64,000 nucleotides of DNA from Phoronis australis (taxonomy: Eukaryota; Animalia; Phoronida), in contig NMRA01000252.1 in the NCBI GenBank assembly GCA_002633005.1, positions 463,654 to 527,653 of the forward strand, written 5' to 3'. Shown here piece by piece: positions 40,001-51,737 of this stretch; positions within the stretch are counted from its first letter, which is position 1; each line of letters starts with the position of its first letter. The notes beneath the pieces are model-generated. The model did no database searches and was not told where the DNA came from. It worked only from the letters and a program-made list of their open reading frames with translations. Position numbers and translations under genes: made by a program.

Positions 40001-40767
40001 ACATTTCACAGGCACTAAATTAGTTTATCAGTTTCTTGATCACCACTGACGACACTCAGCATTAAGGTTGGACACTAAAAATCGGTTTACTCAAAATTTT
40101 CTACTAAAATGTACATGGAACTCTGTGAAATCAGAATTGAACAAATCTTTGAATACCTTCTTTCACTTCATCACATCAAAGTGCCTTTGAGTTGTGCCTT
40201 GATGACAAAAATGTCAAAAAAATCACCAAAATTGCAAGAAGAAAATTTTGTGATGTTCAGAGTAGACTACCTGTGTTCCCATCTGAATTTTTCGTGGATG
40301 CTTCCAAAGCAGTTCCGAAGCTCCTGAGTGCCCTCCACAATTGTGTCAATGTGAATGTTTTGTGAAATAACGTTGTTTATATCGCAAGAAGCACCGGTTG
40401 ATTGGTAGTAATGCAGGCCTACTGTGTTAGTTTTGCTTCAACCAAAAGTTGCACATAATGTCAAACACAAGCTTTGTCCGATCGTGTAATAAAATTCTAG
40501 GTTAAGTAATAGGCTATAAGTACAACCTGTACCTTTCTTATATGGTTATGAGTCATCAAAAAATTTGTCTGCCTTTAAGAAATTTACTGTGACCTTCTGC
40601 ATTGTAGTCTGTGTTTTTTATATTTAGAAATTATCTTGTTTTTCCAGCGGGTTGTAGAAGATAGAACAGAAGAGGATGTCATGCCAGCGGCAAGAGTCAA
40701 CCCTTACTATGGTCAGTTGGTCTGGTTTTTGGACGAAGGTGCGGCGAGTCTTCTTACAAAGAAATAG
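25050..40767 (+). CDS. PGLS: 6-phosphogluconolactonase, 5 coding exons, 241 aa
   Basis: Exons 25050-25176, 35270-35467, 37180-37319, 37721-37861 and 40648-40767 are all GT-AG with compatible phases (1,1,0,0) and total 726 nt. The joined protein has the family motifs [70 protein letters not shown] and PAARV...LVWFLDEGAASLL. Confidence 0.96.
25247..25956. mobile_element. foldback/MITE with about 300-bp inverted arms in PGLS intron 1
   Basis: 25247-25550 is the near-perfect reverse complement of 25671-25956 (cactagttggatatgatggaccctaacttattccaaataaatccactaaatg... / ...catttagtggatttatttggaataagttagggtccattatatccgactagtg). The spacer is about 120 bp and GAC/GAT-rich. Confidence 0.9.
27029..27348. 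repeat. 160-bp tandem duplication
   Basis: gtaaagtccaatctcattttacc... starts at 27029 and 27189 with few substitutions. Confidence 0.93.
29690..34044 (+). repeat. two diverged direct copies of an intronic segment (about 29690-31004 and 33230-34044)
   Basis: The copies are colinear from gttcact.cgccatttt through ttcccaagtttaaactcctgtta. Copy 2 lacks about 30572-30910 and about 30280-30420. Confidence 0.85.
31004..31561 (+). mobile_element. Helentron-associated (HINE/DINE-1-like) non-autonomous element, 5' part, cut by a gap
   Basis: It has a 5' inverted repeat atgcgcccac...gtggacgcat, a (GTCC)n microsatellite and repeated core units (catgaaattt, ccacctagtggc-like motifs). It stops at the n at 31562. 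Confidence 0.65.
35783..36966 (-). mobile_element. non-autonomous Helitron in PGLS intron 2
   Basis: On the minus strand it begins TCTATTATATAAAATG and ends with the hairpin TACCCGTGCGAAAGCACGAGTA followed by ACGGCTAG. It is inserted between A and T with no TSD, the canonical Helitron structure. Confidence 0.8.
38270..38899. repeat. 16-bp minisatellite with a higher-order repeat, PGLS intron 4
   Basis: Unit cttcactagagcaatg with cttcactaagaacaatg variants. The variant block cactaagaacaattctccactagagcaatg..cactaaaacaatg recurs at 38641 and 38771 (130-bp period). Confidence 0.95.
39784..39945. repeat. 20-bp minisatellite, about 8 perfect copies
   Basis: Unit cccagtaggccacactggac. Confidence 0.96.
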
Positions 40768-41792
40768 TAAAGCAGCCATCACCTGTGTGGGGCGGTAAAG
40801 GTTATCAGAAATAATGGACAAGTTGACATTGAGGCTCAACAGGTGTCAGTGTTCATAGATTTGATAGTGGTGTTCTTGAGAAGACTCGGGGGGACATGGC
40901 TCATTTTAAGGAAGGAGTGTGTGACAGAGGAGTTGAGACGTATACGTACCATTACATTGAAGCATTGTACCATACAAGAAGATTTCCTTATTATCACCTG
41001 CACCCCAGTGTTCATTTACCCTGGACATTGTACCTTGTCGCTTATTGTTCATGTCAAATGACTTTTCGTGAAGGCGTTTGACTGCAAGACTGTTTTGTGG
41101 AAAATCTATTTCATTGTTATTTATTAGTGAAAATGTATCGGATTGTATAAGTGAGTCCCCGACCTCGGTGAATGGAAACCAGACTGTATGAGACATTCCA
41201 CCTTTGGTCACAAGGTATAAAGTTGTGTAAGTGAACATTCCAGTTATTGAACTGCATGTCTGACACTCAGTAGGTGGTCTGTTCACTTGTTTGAGGTGGT
41301 GGTGCAAGTTGTTGCCTCAGCCTGCTTTAGATGTGTACAAGTTAGTACTGTATGTTGCTGACTGTACAAACAGAGGGTGATGGGATAGTGTTAGGCACAT
41401 TGGTCTACTGTGTGTTATATTGCCAGTGAAGGTAACACATACGTCCAAGTGACAGTGTAGTCGTGCCAAGGCCTAAAAGTACGAGTGAACTCTTGTGACA
41501 CTTTGCTTACACACTGCTTGTCTAATCAGCTGGTATGTTGACCAGTCACTCTCAAGTTCCTGCTGCTTACATCCACATATCTGTGCTTGAGATAGCTGCT
41601 GGCAACCACCTATCTTGGTTGTTGCTAGATAAAAGTGAAAAAGAAAATGGCAAATGAGGAAAGTTGGCCAGAAACCTGTTTTCATCATGTTTTTGATGAT
41701 TTGTTATTAATCAGTGCTGTTGATGTACAAAAGTTTATGGGTTGTTTCGCTAATTTTATTGTCACATTTTGTACATAAACATTTTTGTGACT

Positions 41793-41798
41793 AATAAA
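41793..41798 (+). terminator. probable polyadenylation signal of PGLS
   Basis: AATAAA lies about 1 kb after the PGLS stop. It is preceded by TGTA and followed by a GT-rich tract (gtgtcttgtgtctt). Confidence 0.6.
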
Positions 41799-42938
41799 GG
41801 AAGTGTCACAGTCATCCAAGTGTCTTGTGTCTTCGTCTCAGGCGCCATCTATGGTAGAATCTGACCATTCAAAAGATCTATTACCTACAAGAGAATATTG
41901 AAGGGCAGGTGATAGACGTCATCTCTGAATTTGATGCAGTTACAATGTTGGAATTCTCCAAACTCATTAAATTTCAAACTTCTAAAGTAATTGCATCACT
42001 TTTAAAATCTCATATCAATATTAATCCTCTGCTTTTGTTTATGTAGAATTGTGGGGAAGTAATATAATTTGGAAAGATTGACATACACCATTCTGAATTG
42101 ACATTGACAAACAAGTTAAAACACACCTACTTTGGTGTCTGCATTGTGGCGCGCAGTAAACTTGCGTAGCGTTTGAATGACGAATAACAAAATAATTTTG
42201 CTGTAAACTAGCGATCAGCATGGAAATCGAAGTGCCGCACTGATACGCGGAATTTCGGTTAAGAAACACTAAATCAGAGAGGGCGCTGTGATACTTTGGG
42301 ATGGCGTTTTTGTGTTTGGTGACGAACTTATTACTTTCGGTGTGTAATAACTTTAGCTTAAACTCTGAATAGTTGTCATGGTTACGTTTCAACTTTCATC
42401 ATATGAAAGTCATTCCCGAGCTCCCTGTTTTTTTGATCATTTTCCAATTGTTTGAAATTGAAACGGAATGAAAATTTACCAAGTTCCCACAGTTTTGAAA
42501 ATTTTCCCCAAACACCATGAGACCACCTACATTTACAGTAACTGACAGGCGGACGGTGTTATACACTTTTCCGGGTAACAGTGCCTAAAATCGTCTATAA
42601 TTAGTGAAGAATGGAAATAAACGCAAATTTGTGAAGAGATCAAAGGCCATGTGTTGACGTAAAACATACACAAACATTTGTTTTACAATGCATTCATTTG
42701 TCACCCATCTCGAATGCAGAAGTTTTAAAGCGGCCTAAGTCAAAATGTTTTTGACACCGAAGAATGAGGGAAAAATCTTGATTTGAAAACAATCAAGACA
42801 AGGCACAGTTTCTGATAAAAACGTACACCAAAAGCAGGTATTTGGATGTGGCTCATTTTTGTTCTTATTGTGACGACTGACACCGGAAATGCGTCATGGC
42901 CATGAAGGAGAAGCCTATAATAACAGATGTGCTCTTAC

Positions 42939-45900
42939 CTGTTTCCATTTTTGCAAAAACTCGGGAAGATCGACGCAGCCATCGACTGTAAAGATATGTG
43001 AGTATAATTGTCTAGGATTCGTTTGAAAGGCAAGTATGTAACACTACAAGTTGCGTGGAAGCTGGGGTGCAAGGAGGGGGGCGTGCAGCGAGGGGGCTGC
43101 AGGGAGAGGGGTGCNGCAGCCATCGACTGTAAAGATACGTGAGTGTAAGTGTCTAGGATTCGTTTGAAAGGCAAGTATGTAACATTACAAGTTGCGTGGA
43201 GGCTGGGGTGCAGGGAGGGGGGCGTGCAGGGAGGGGGCTGCAGGGAGAGGGGTGCAGGGAGTTGAGGTGCAGGGAGAGGGGTGAAGGGAGAGAGTTGAGA
43301 GGTGCAGAGGGTGAGCTTGAAGAAGAGTATGCGTATTAGGCTGTCTTTAGAGCCACTAAAATATCTGTAACACTATAGAGTTTTGCACCATATACCAGTA
43401 CATACCAATATTAAAAACCAGGGTCATATTTACAACAATTTGTAATGAGGATGTCTAATTAAATGACGAAACGTTGAATTTAACATGAACTTTTTTATTT
43501 GTGCGGCGATCGTCCGATTTTTAATCTTATTGTGTTCAAAACTGATTTGATTTCTATAAGTAAAAATCGAAAAAGCGTGTTGAGTGCTCGTTTGGACGTG
43601 GAAGCTAATTTTTCGTTTGTATGCAGGCACGTGACCACATATTTTTTTAGCAAAGAGGGATTTAAACAAGGGTAGCATGACGGAATTTCTTTTGAAATAA
43701 ATTGTTAGAGATGAAATTTAAACATTCGGTCACAGTTTCTTTAATATCTTTTGTTTCCTACAGTCATAAAACTGCCAATGTTTCATTACGTCTAACTGTG
43801 CAAAAATGGAACGTTTTAAACTAGAACTTCTCACCGCGTTTTGAGAACGTTGCAAATTTCAGTTGAATCTGACACGTCATTTCGGAGACATCATGTTTTG
43901 CAGTGTATACACTGTATTATCGCGAGGTTGAACATTTTTACGTGGCCTATTTCCAAGATGGCTGACAGTCTTAAAGATACTCTTTTTCTCAGACATAAAC
44001 TCCTAAACATAATTTGACCGAAGCCCACTCTAGCATATTTTTTATTTTAAAAACTGGTGTGTCAACAAAATGTCTAAATTCTATTTATCCATTCACAACG
44101 ACATGTGCAACGGCACGACGTTTCGCCGGGTCGGTCATTTCTCGATCCCACCCAGGCTATTCAGGTGTTACAGTGTTCTTAGAAGAACGATCACGAGTAA
44201 ATGATTAATAGGGGACGTTTCTATTATGTTTCCTTGGTGTGTTTTGAACCTGGGGCTTTTATAACCATTAGACCACCGAGTCATCCATTATGCGCCTGAT
44301 TCTCCAGGAGCCAGTTGCATAAAAGTTATACTCCGTATAGCAACAATGACGTCGCATTATCACGCGTCACGTTGTTATTGTTGAACAATGCACCTGACGT
44401 CATGCAACAACCAAACTTATCCAGCGGATAATTTTGAAGTTTTGTGCAACCCAGCCCAGGTTGCATTCTACACTGACTGAAGACCTTGATGTGCAGTCTC
44501 ATTTGTATATCTCCCTTAATTCGGCTCTATCCTCGTTCACTGTCCACTACCCGGATGTTATCTCGGCAAAATGTAGTATTTGATCACACATGTTCTGTTA
44601 CTGCTAAGGAACTACAGCCTTCTCTACAGAATTTCTTGAGAGTATTCCACAATCCTCAAGAGCTCGGTTGCACGAAACAGTACCACATAGGGTATCAACG
44701 AAGTTCCCTAAATCTACTGCTTAATTGTGGTTGATTGCTTAATTGTGGTTGATTGCTGTATGCTGTTGGAGTCTCCGCTCATTACTAAGTCAATTTTTTA
44801 CTTTGGTAAAAGTCAAGAGGGAATTTAACGTTGAATTCTCGTTATTATTGAAAAGTGGTAGGGATCTTTTCATGTAACATCCCCAATTTAAGGGTGACGT
44901 CACTAATTACTTTGACTGAATTAAGGGATCAGATTTTAGTTACATTATTAGAAATGTCATTAGTCAAAAAAAGTTCATAATGAAGGGAAATTGATTAAAA
45001 AATATTATATCTGTAGAACGCAAGAAACACGCAAAAGATAAAGAGTAGCCATATTTTGGCAAAGATTTCCCGTGACGTCACAGGACTTTTCACTTATGGC
45101 GTTCGTGCAAGACTTTTTCTCCAAATCTGTTTTGGTTTGTTTTTGGTCTTTAGTAAGGTCTCAGGTCAAGTTCTCAATCCTCATTCAATCAAAGTGCCCA
45201 CCACGAGTCTACCCGACAGATTACGAGCTCGTCCTTCTAAAAACTATGTAACACTTTAAGATGAGCGCCAAATGACCAAGTGAAACACCCTGCCAATGTA
45301 ATTACCTTAGGGGGCTGGGGGGCTATAACCCTCTACTTTTTTCAGCGCTACGGCGCAAGTGAAATAAGTCAGAAGTGCGTGTAAATAGACCAAGAAATTT
45401 CAGATATAATGCCTACTCTCTGTATAAAACACTTCATGCAAGGTGGAATCATCCAGAACGTAAATACGTATTTTTCAAAAATCCGTATGAATTTCAAAAT
45501 GAATTTCCTGGTGGTGCACCAACAAAATGGCCGCCTCTAGCTGTTGAATGACATTCAGTTGACAGAAAAATAGCAACCTTTTCACAAAATTTCTCATTTT
45601 AGTAAGTCAGTAGTCGAATTGAAATAGAACAGGTCTGTATTCTGGGACTGGACGTCGTGAGATTTGATTGGAGGCGCAGCGCTATTTACTGGTGCCTGGG
45701 TAACACTACGTCGGAGAACAATTTTACTAAGAGCACGTGGTAACAATCATGTAAATAAGTGGCCTGAATAAATGTTGTCTATGTTTTATAACCTTGCCTG
45801 GAGAGTGGCTTAATATGGTCAAATATAGTCAGCAAAAGAAGGTTAATGTGTACAAGGGAATAGTGAAAATTAATAAAACAGTATTTTACCGTTTGCATCA

Positions 45901-47689
45901 AAATTCTTGAACATGGTCTTCAGATCTTTCTGGTCGACGGTGTTGCTTTGGTCGTAGTCAAGCATAAAGTAGAGAGAGCCAGCCTGAGCTGAACTGAACC
46001 CAGTCAATTTGCGCCAGCTTGCTACAAATTCGTCATGTTCCACATTTCCGTTGTCTGTGTAAAAGACGGTCAAACATTGCTAAAATTGAAATCAATCAAA
46101 AGAAACGTGGTATCTTCAAATTTGTTCCGTTCTAAGTTGAAGAGTTTTTTTATACGGCACATAGGACGTCTTATGGGAAGATACATCATACTCGAATTCG
46201 CCGTTCACAGTTCTCATCTGCCTTCTTAAAAATTGTCTGTGAATACCTAAAATGGCGCTGTTCTGGACAAGCACGTGTGATCATTACATGAGGACACAGA
46301 CTAACCCCAAATCGCAAACCTTGTGCGAGGCCCTCTCTAAAAAGCAAGGCTTCACTAGTTTATGTGAGATTTTGCCGTATATTTTAAATGAGAACAGGTG
46401 ATTAGGGGTATATTTTGAGGTCCTAGCGTTACGGAACTCTGCCCTGACGTATGAATTGTACAGCTGACGAGCGTTTACCCGAGACGTTTTTTCAGAAGAT
46501 GGATGAGTTGTTCAATTTAACTTTTGAGAGGGTCGCATGTGAACGTACGCTGTATCAAACAGCGTCAGTTCACACGCCTTCCAACCGTTTTGCCTTCTGA
46601 CCAGCCTACTTGAAACGGAAATTTTACACAACTGAACGAATGTATTATAACTTCTGTCATTACGGAAACCAAGAACATTTTCCCAATAATTTTGTCATGT
46701 TGTTGTGACGTCTGTTAAATTATCACACATGACCAACGTGGGTTTAGGTAGAAATACCAACCCTCGCAATTTGTTGGATCAGCGAAATGTGACAAAGGCT
46801 TTAGCTCAGCTTTTATTTACCGGGGGAAGAACTTTTAGCTGTAGGTCACAGAATCAGTTGCTAAGTTAAACCATCAGGTTGATTAGGCCATTTTCCACGT
46901 TCATCACTTAGTGTATGTTTGGCAATACCCGTAAAGGTTTTATCCACATAGTGTTGTGTGGTGTAGTGTTGTGTGAGATAATGTTCTTACTGTTGCTATC
47001 AAATTTGTCAAAGATGGTTTCCAGTTCACTCTGTACAATGCATCCATCAGAGTCGCCGTCAGCTTGCTGGAAAAGGCTGCGAAGTTTTGTGTTGTCTCTG
47101 TGGGAGAAAAAGAACAGTTACATACACTATAGTTTGCATTGTTATTTAAGCGGCGAATCTTCATTGATCAATGATGAACAACTCCCGGCCTAAATAAAAG
47201 TCATACCTGGTTCATGTTAGTGAGCACCACCGCGTTGTTTTGCGATGCTCATGAATCATGTTGTTGCTTTCAATCTACTGTGTCGGCTAGCCAACAATGG
47301 AGCAATTATAAAAACAAGCAGCAATTCATAAGTAAGACGGCATCATTTGATTTCACGTCACATCCCGACTTAGGACTCTAATGCATACAGACACACTTAC
47401 AACATACAATTTGCTGAGTCAGTCAGATGTAGGCATCTCGTTTCCAACTTGAAGTAAGCGGCCTATTTGCTTAAAGTCCATATTCAAAGTTTGAATACAA
47501 AATACATCTAAAATATTCCATTAATAATAGAGCATAGTCAGGTGACATTATGATTTGTTATGACCCAGGGACTAGTGAGATCAACTAGAGATGATGACAT
47601 AAATATGAAAGACTTTACAACACAGTATCAATGACTCACAATGCGCCGTAGGAAGTCGCCACTAGCGCCAGAATAAGGACCTTGATCAT
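42939..47689 (-). CDS. secreted four-EF-hand Ca2+-binding protein; terminal exon unresolved
   Basis: Minus-strand exons 47689-47640, 47097-46991, 46054-45890 and 42985-42939 are GT-AG with phases 2,1,1. They give MIKVLILALVATSYGA-LDNTKLRSLFQQADGDSDGCIVQSELETIFDKFDSNNNGNVEHDEFVASWRKLTGFSSAQAGSLYFMLDYDQSNTVDQKDLKTMFKNFDANVDGCVDLPEFLQKWKQ. This is a signal peptide plus four DxDxDG-type loops. It ends either by read-through to TAG at 42917-42915 or through a further exon (candidate acceptor near 42812). Confidence 0.88.
43063..43312 (+). repeat. G-rich low-complexity repeat spanning a contig join
   Basis: Runs such as ggggtgcagggagagg. 42975-43114 is repeated after the n at 43115. Confidence 0.8.
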
Positions 47690-50600
47690 GGTAAATTAGT
47701 TTCTTCGGAGAACCTTGCTGAAACGATAAATCATCCTGCTGCAATGACGTACGTTATTGTCTTGAAACAAAGTCGGACTTTTCAGGCAACACAAATCAAT
47801 GGATCACAATGAAAAAATCCCCACATCAAAGTTGTATATAACGCTTTCTTCAGTGTTATTACCAACGCATTATGGAGGAAATGCTCACGGTTTGTGCTAA
47901 CAAACTATACTATTAGAGGAGGAAACTTCAAGTCTTATGATTCACATCCATAGAGGGCAGCGCAGGTTATACATGATCCTATAATTCTTGGATTAATCGG
48001 CGAAAACTTACGTCACGTAACGTTAAATTTATTCGTCCAGTTTAAGAATGCCAGTCACCGTGTAGTGTTCATTCTTGGTATACACACGAGCTATCAAACA
48101 TCTGGCGGTAAAAGTTTTCTTTTCGAAAAACCCAGGCTGCCAATTGGTCAGATTTCATAGACCACATTGCAGAACTCCATCACCAATGGTTGTTTTCAGT
48201 GAAGTGAAAAAAACACACATCCTGCCAATAGAAGGCCGTACCAGCGCGACGGTTGTGGAAAACAGTGACAAAGAAATAAGCCGCCATTAAAACACAGCCC
48301 GTAACTGCCACACTTGTTCAAAATTGAGTTTGCGTCTTCATAGAACTCTCAATTTAACATTCTTACTACTGTAAGTTATGTAATTAATGACTGAGAGTAT
48401 CCAATTATTACCGTTGTGATCCGAGTTGTCTCCGCGCTAGATGTACACGTTGAAGATTCTAGGATTTCTTCTTGTGATAACATATATAGGGGAACTGCTG
48501 GCACAAACATGTAGGGCGTGAGAGAATACATGTGGCGGGTAAAGATAACAGGATATGGTTTAGTTGACGTAATAGCGCTGGGACATAAGAGTTCAGGTGA
48601 GCCATCGGGGATTCATATGACGTAGTCCCGTGACGGTGTCTAAGAGTCGAGGTGTAGTCTTGTACCATGTTTGTTCAGATTCACAGCCGTGATACATACC
48701 ATCTCTCAAAAGCAAACGTCGGTTCATTATTAAATGTCTTCTTAAACTTTTATTTGTCACACACATACATTTAATATAGTACAAATACCCATGCGTGCAA
48801 ACAGCCTAAAATATAAGGGTCTCGAATTTTGGCGGTATGCGAATCTTTTAGTGAAAAACGGGGACTAAAAAATAAAACCAGATACTAGGTTTAGACCTAT
48901 GAATTATGCATTTGCGCCGAATTCCTGTGGACTTTCGTCCCGTTTTCGTTCTCGGACTTTTTGTTTCTATAAGGCGGACCTTTTTGCCCACTTCGCCAAA
49001 TGGGGGGCTCGTTCGAGCATCCCCCCGGGTGCGCACATGATACCAGTTTCCCACCTAAATTCTCGTAACCACATTCGTACCACACGGATTGTTTCTACAA
49101 ATTTTAATTGGTGTTCCTTTATACAAATTGTAATGAGGGTATCACACCCCCGGCACGAGCCAGTGTTCATAGCCTGAGCAGTCACGACCGTGTTCGTTAA
49201 TGTAAATATATAGTTGTCTTTAAACTGTAGTTTTCTTGAATTATTTCATCAAGATTTCAATCGATGGTCTTGCATTCTAAACGCATTATTTGTGCACGTG
49301 ACACTTAACCATCGCTGCTTGCTCCTCCGCTTAGCTCTGAATGTGTGTTTATTGTTCCACCTAATATAAAATTCTCATCTCAAATTATCATTATTGCAAT
49401 GAGATAGACATTGTCACGAAATTCAATTTTGAGCCTCAAACGCGGGTCCCTCTATACCATCCAGTATTAGAGTTCCCAACTTCTGGTAACTTTCGAACAC
49501 TAGGAGCGCTCTCTTCTGTAGCTTTCGGGCGGGACTCGCCGTATATGAATGTATAGAGACATTGTTCTGTGTTCGCTTTCATACGGGCATGATCTCTAAT
49601 AGTTTAGAAGTCCAGTCCGAATGCGTCTCATGAGCGAAGCTCCCTAAAAATTAAAATTAGTGCATCACTTTTGACATCGTTTTCATCATTAAAAGGCGAG
49701 ACTTAAAACTCCTTTTAGTGTGCCGATGACTTTTAACTGGGGCATAAAGCGCATTCTTCGCTGAGTTTTTGACTTTTCATTCTGATCAATGCATGCATCA
49801 CGTGATCAGACTGAAACGACTGTTGTCAGCACTTAAAGCACAAGGCACCAAAAAATCATCTCGGAATTGACTGTGACCATGGAACTCAAGCAGACAATTC
49901 TTAGCTGTCGTGCATCTTGAAGTCAGCCACCAAAATGTCAAAAAATAGCAGAAAGCATCTGATCTGAACCAAATACATGTACATGACATGTTCACTAATT
50001 ATTCGTCATTATCCCAAAGATCAAGGAACTTATAACGCATGCGCTGATCCAAAGCCACTTCGAATACTTCCTCAACAACTAGCATGCTGTAGTTAGTAGC
50101 ACGCTTACAGTATGAGACTACACGCGCGCACTCAGTCTAAAAATGGGGATGCTCGAGGATTGTGCACCTTTTACAAAGAATCACGCGGCATGTTCAAAGC
50201 TATGAATTTCGTATTCGCCCAATTTTGATAGTTCCTGGCTTTTTGGTGAACCTTTTTCTCGTTTTCTACTTCAACCGAACAAGTCAAATTTAAAAAAGAA
50301 AAATTCAAAACGTCACTCAAACACATTATCATTGCTAGTGAGGTCAGGTCTCGTGGACCGGTCTCTTCTTGATTTTGACGTTAGTTTTTAAAGAATTCTT
50401 TACACTAGTTTTATCTGCTCTTATTTATAAATTATTTCATTAAAGCGTTTTCCCTTTGCTCCGAACTTGTTCGATTCTATAGCCCAACAACAAGTGCGAA
50501 GTTTACCCCTGTAGCCAATATCTTACACTGGCATTTATGGTTGCAGCCGGGGCCAACTCTCTTCTGTTCGATTGCTCTAATCTTCAATAAGATCGTATCT

Positions 50601-51002
50601 AGCCTGACTCATGACGGCGACATCCCGTTGCTCCCAACTTGTTCGATTGTATAGCCCAACAACAAGTTGGGAAGTTTACCTCCCCCCCGTAGCCAATTAA
50701 CTCCATTCTGGCGTTGATGGTTGGAGGGCCTGCGCTCATTTGTTTGATAATTGCTCTAATCTCCGATCAGATCGTATCTAGCCTGACTGGCCGGGTGGGT
50801 TGATAAAAATGAAAGTTAAGTTAAGCCAGGTATTATCGCACGTTCAGCACCCCTCACGTCTGGAAAAGTTACTGAACGACAGCACGCTGTAATGTGGGCT
50901 GTGCTTTCAAAAATGAAAAATAAGTTATAAAGTATTGAACATGAACCAATAGGATTTCTGAAATCGCCGTCAAATGGTGATCATGTCTAGTTTTCGAATC
51001 GC

Positions 51003-51737
51003 CAAAATCGCCCAACCGCAACCGAAGTTGCAATAATCTATTCTTTCGAAATATATATTTTCTCTGGCCAGTGGGTTTGATGGTGTTCACACTTGGTCTG
51101 CAATAAGCCCGGTACATAATTGGTCTGCCTGTTGTCGATAACAGACAAAACGCTGTGCTTGGCAGTTAACAAAGAAGCTCATGTTATCACACGCACAAAA
51201 CCCCCTTCGTCTGGTAATTAGTCACTGAACGGGAAAACGCTGTCATGTTATTGAAATGACGACCAGTTTTATCCCCGAAAAACTTACTATTTCTGGGATT
51301 AGTGCTGTGGGGGATGTCTTAGATCAGACGTAAAAACATTTTTTGTCGTCGTAGTTTTATTGCACACAGTAAATGCCAGTGTCGTTCGGTTGTCTGCTGC
51401 CAAACATACGCGGCTCGACAACATCCGTCCCCCATTCAAATTCCTGTATTCACCTTTGGTCATCACTCGGAATAGGTTATATATAATTCCACATGACAGC
51501 GTTTTCCCTTTCAATGACTTTACCAGACGTAGGGGGTTCTGAGCGTGTCAGTGATAATTATACATCTAGCTTCTTTGTTAACTGCCAAGCACACTCTTTT
51601 GTTTGTTAGAACAACAAGCAGACCACTTATATACCAGGCTTATTACAGATCACGTGTGAACACAGTGAAACTCAGAGTGAATTGGTGAATTCGGAAAGAA
51701 TAAATTGTCGTAACTTCGGTTGCAATTGGAGACTTGA
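51003..51737. mobile_element. old, diverged foldback/MITE with about 240-bp inverted arms
   Basis: gcaaccgaagtt...tgttcacacttggtctgcaataagcc...gtgcttggcagttaacaaagaagct...gggaaaacgctgtcatgt is mirrored by acatgacagcgttttccc...agcttctttgttaactgccaagcac...ggcttattacagatcacgtgtgaaca...aacttcggttgc. Confidence 0.75.

Noticed and set aside
43116-43260. Apparent duplicated or mutually exclusive exon of the EF-hand gene
   Set aside because: The second copy holds only the acceptor and about 10 nt of exon and starts right at the n at 43115, so it is a haplotype overlap at a contig join.
46940-47164. ORF-track 74-aa minus-strand ORF
   Set aside because: It is the wrong frame over the real EF-hand exon 47097-46991.
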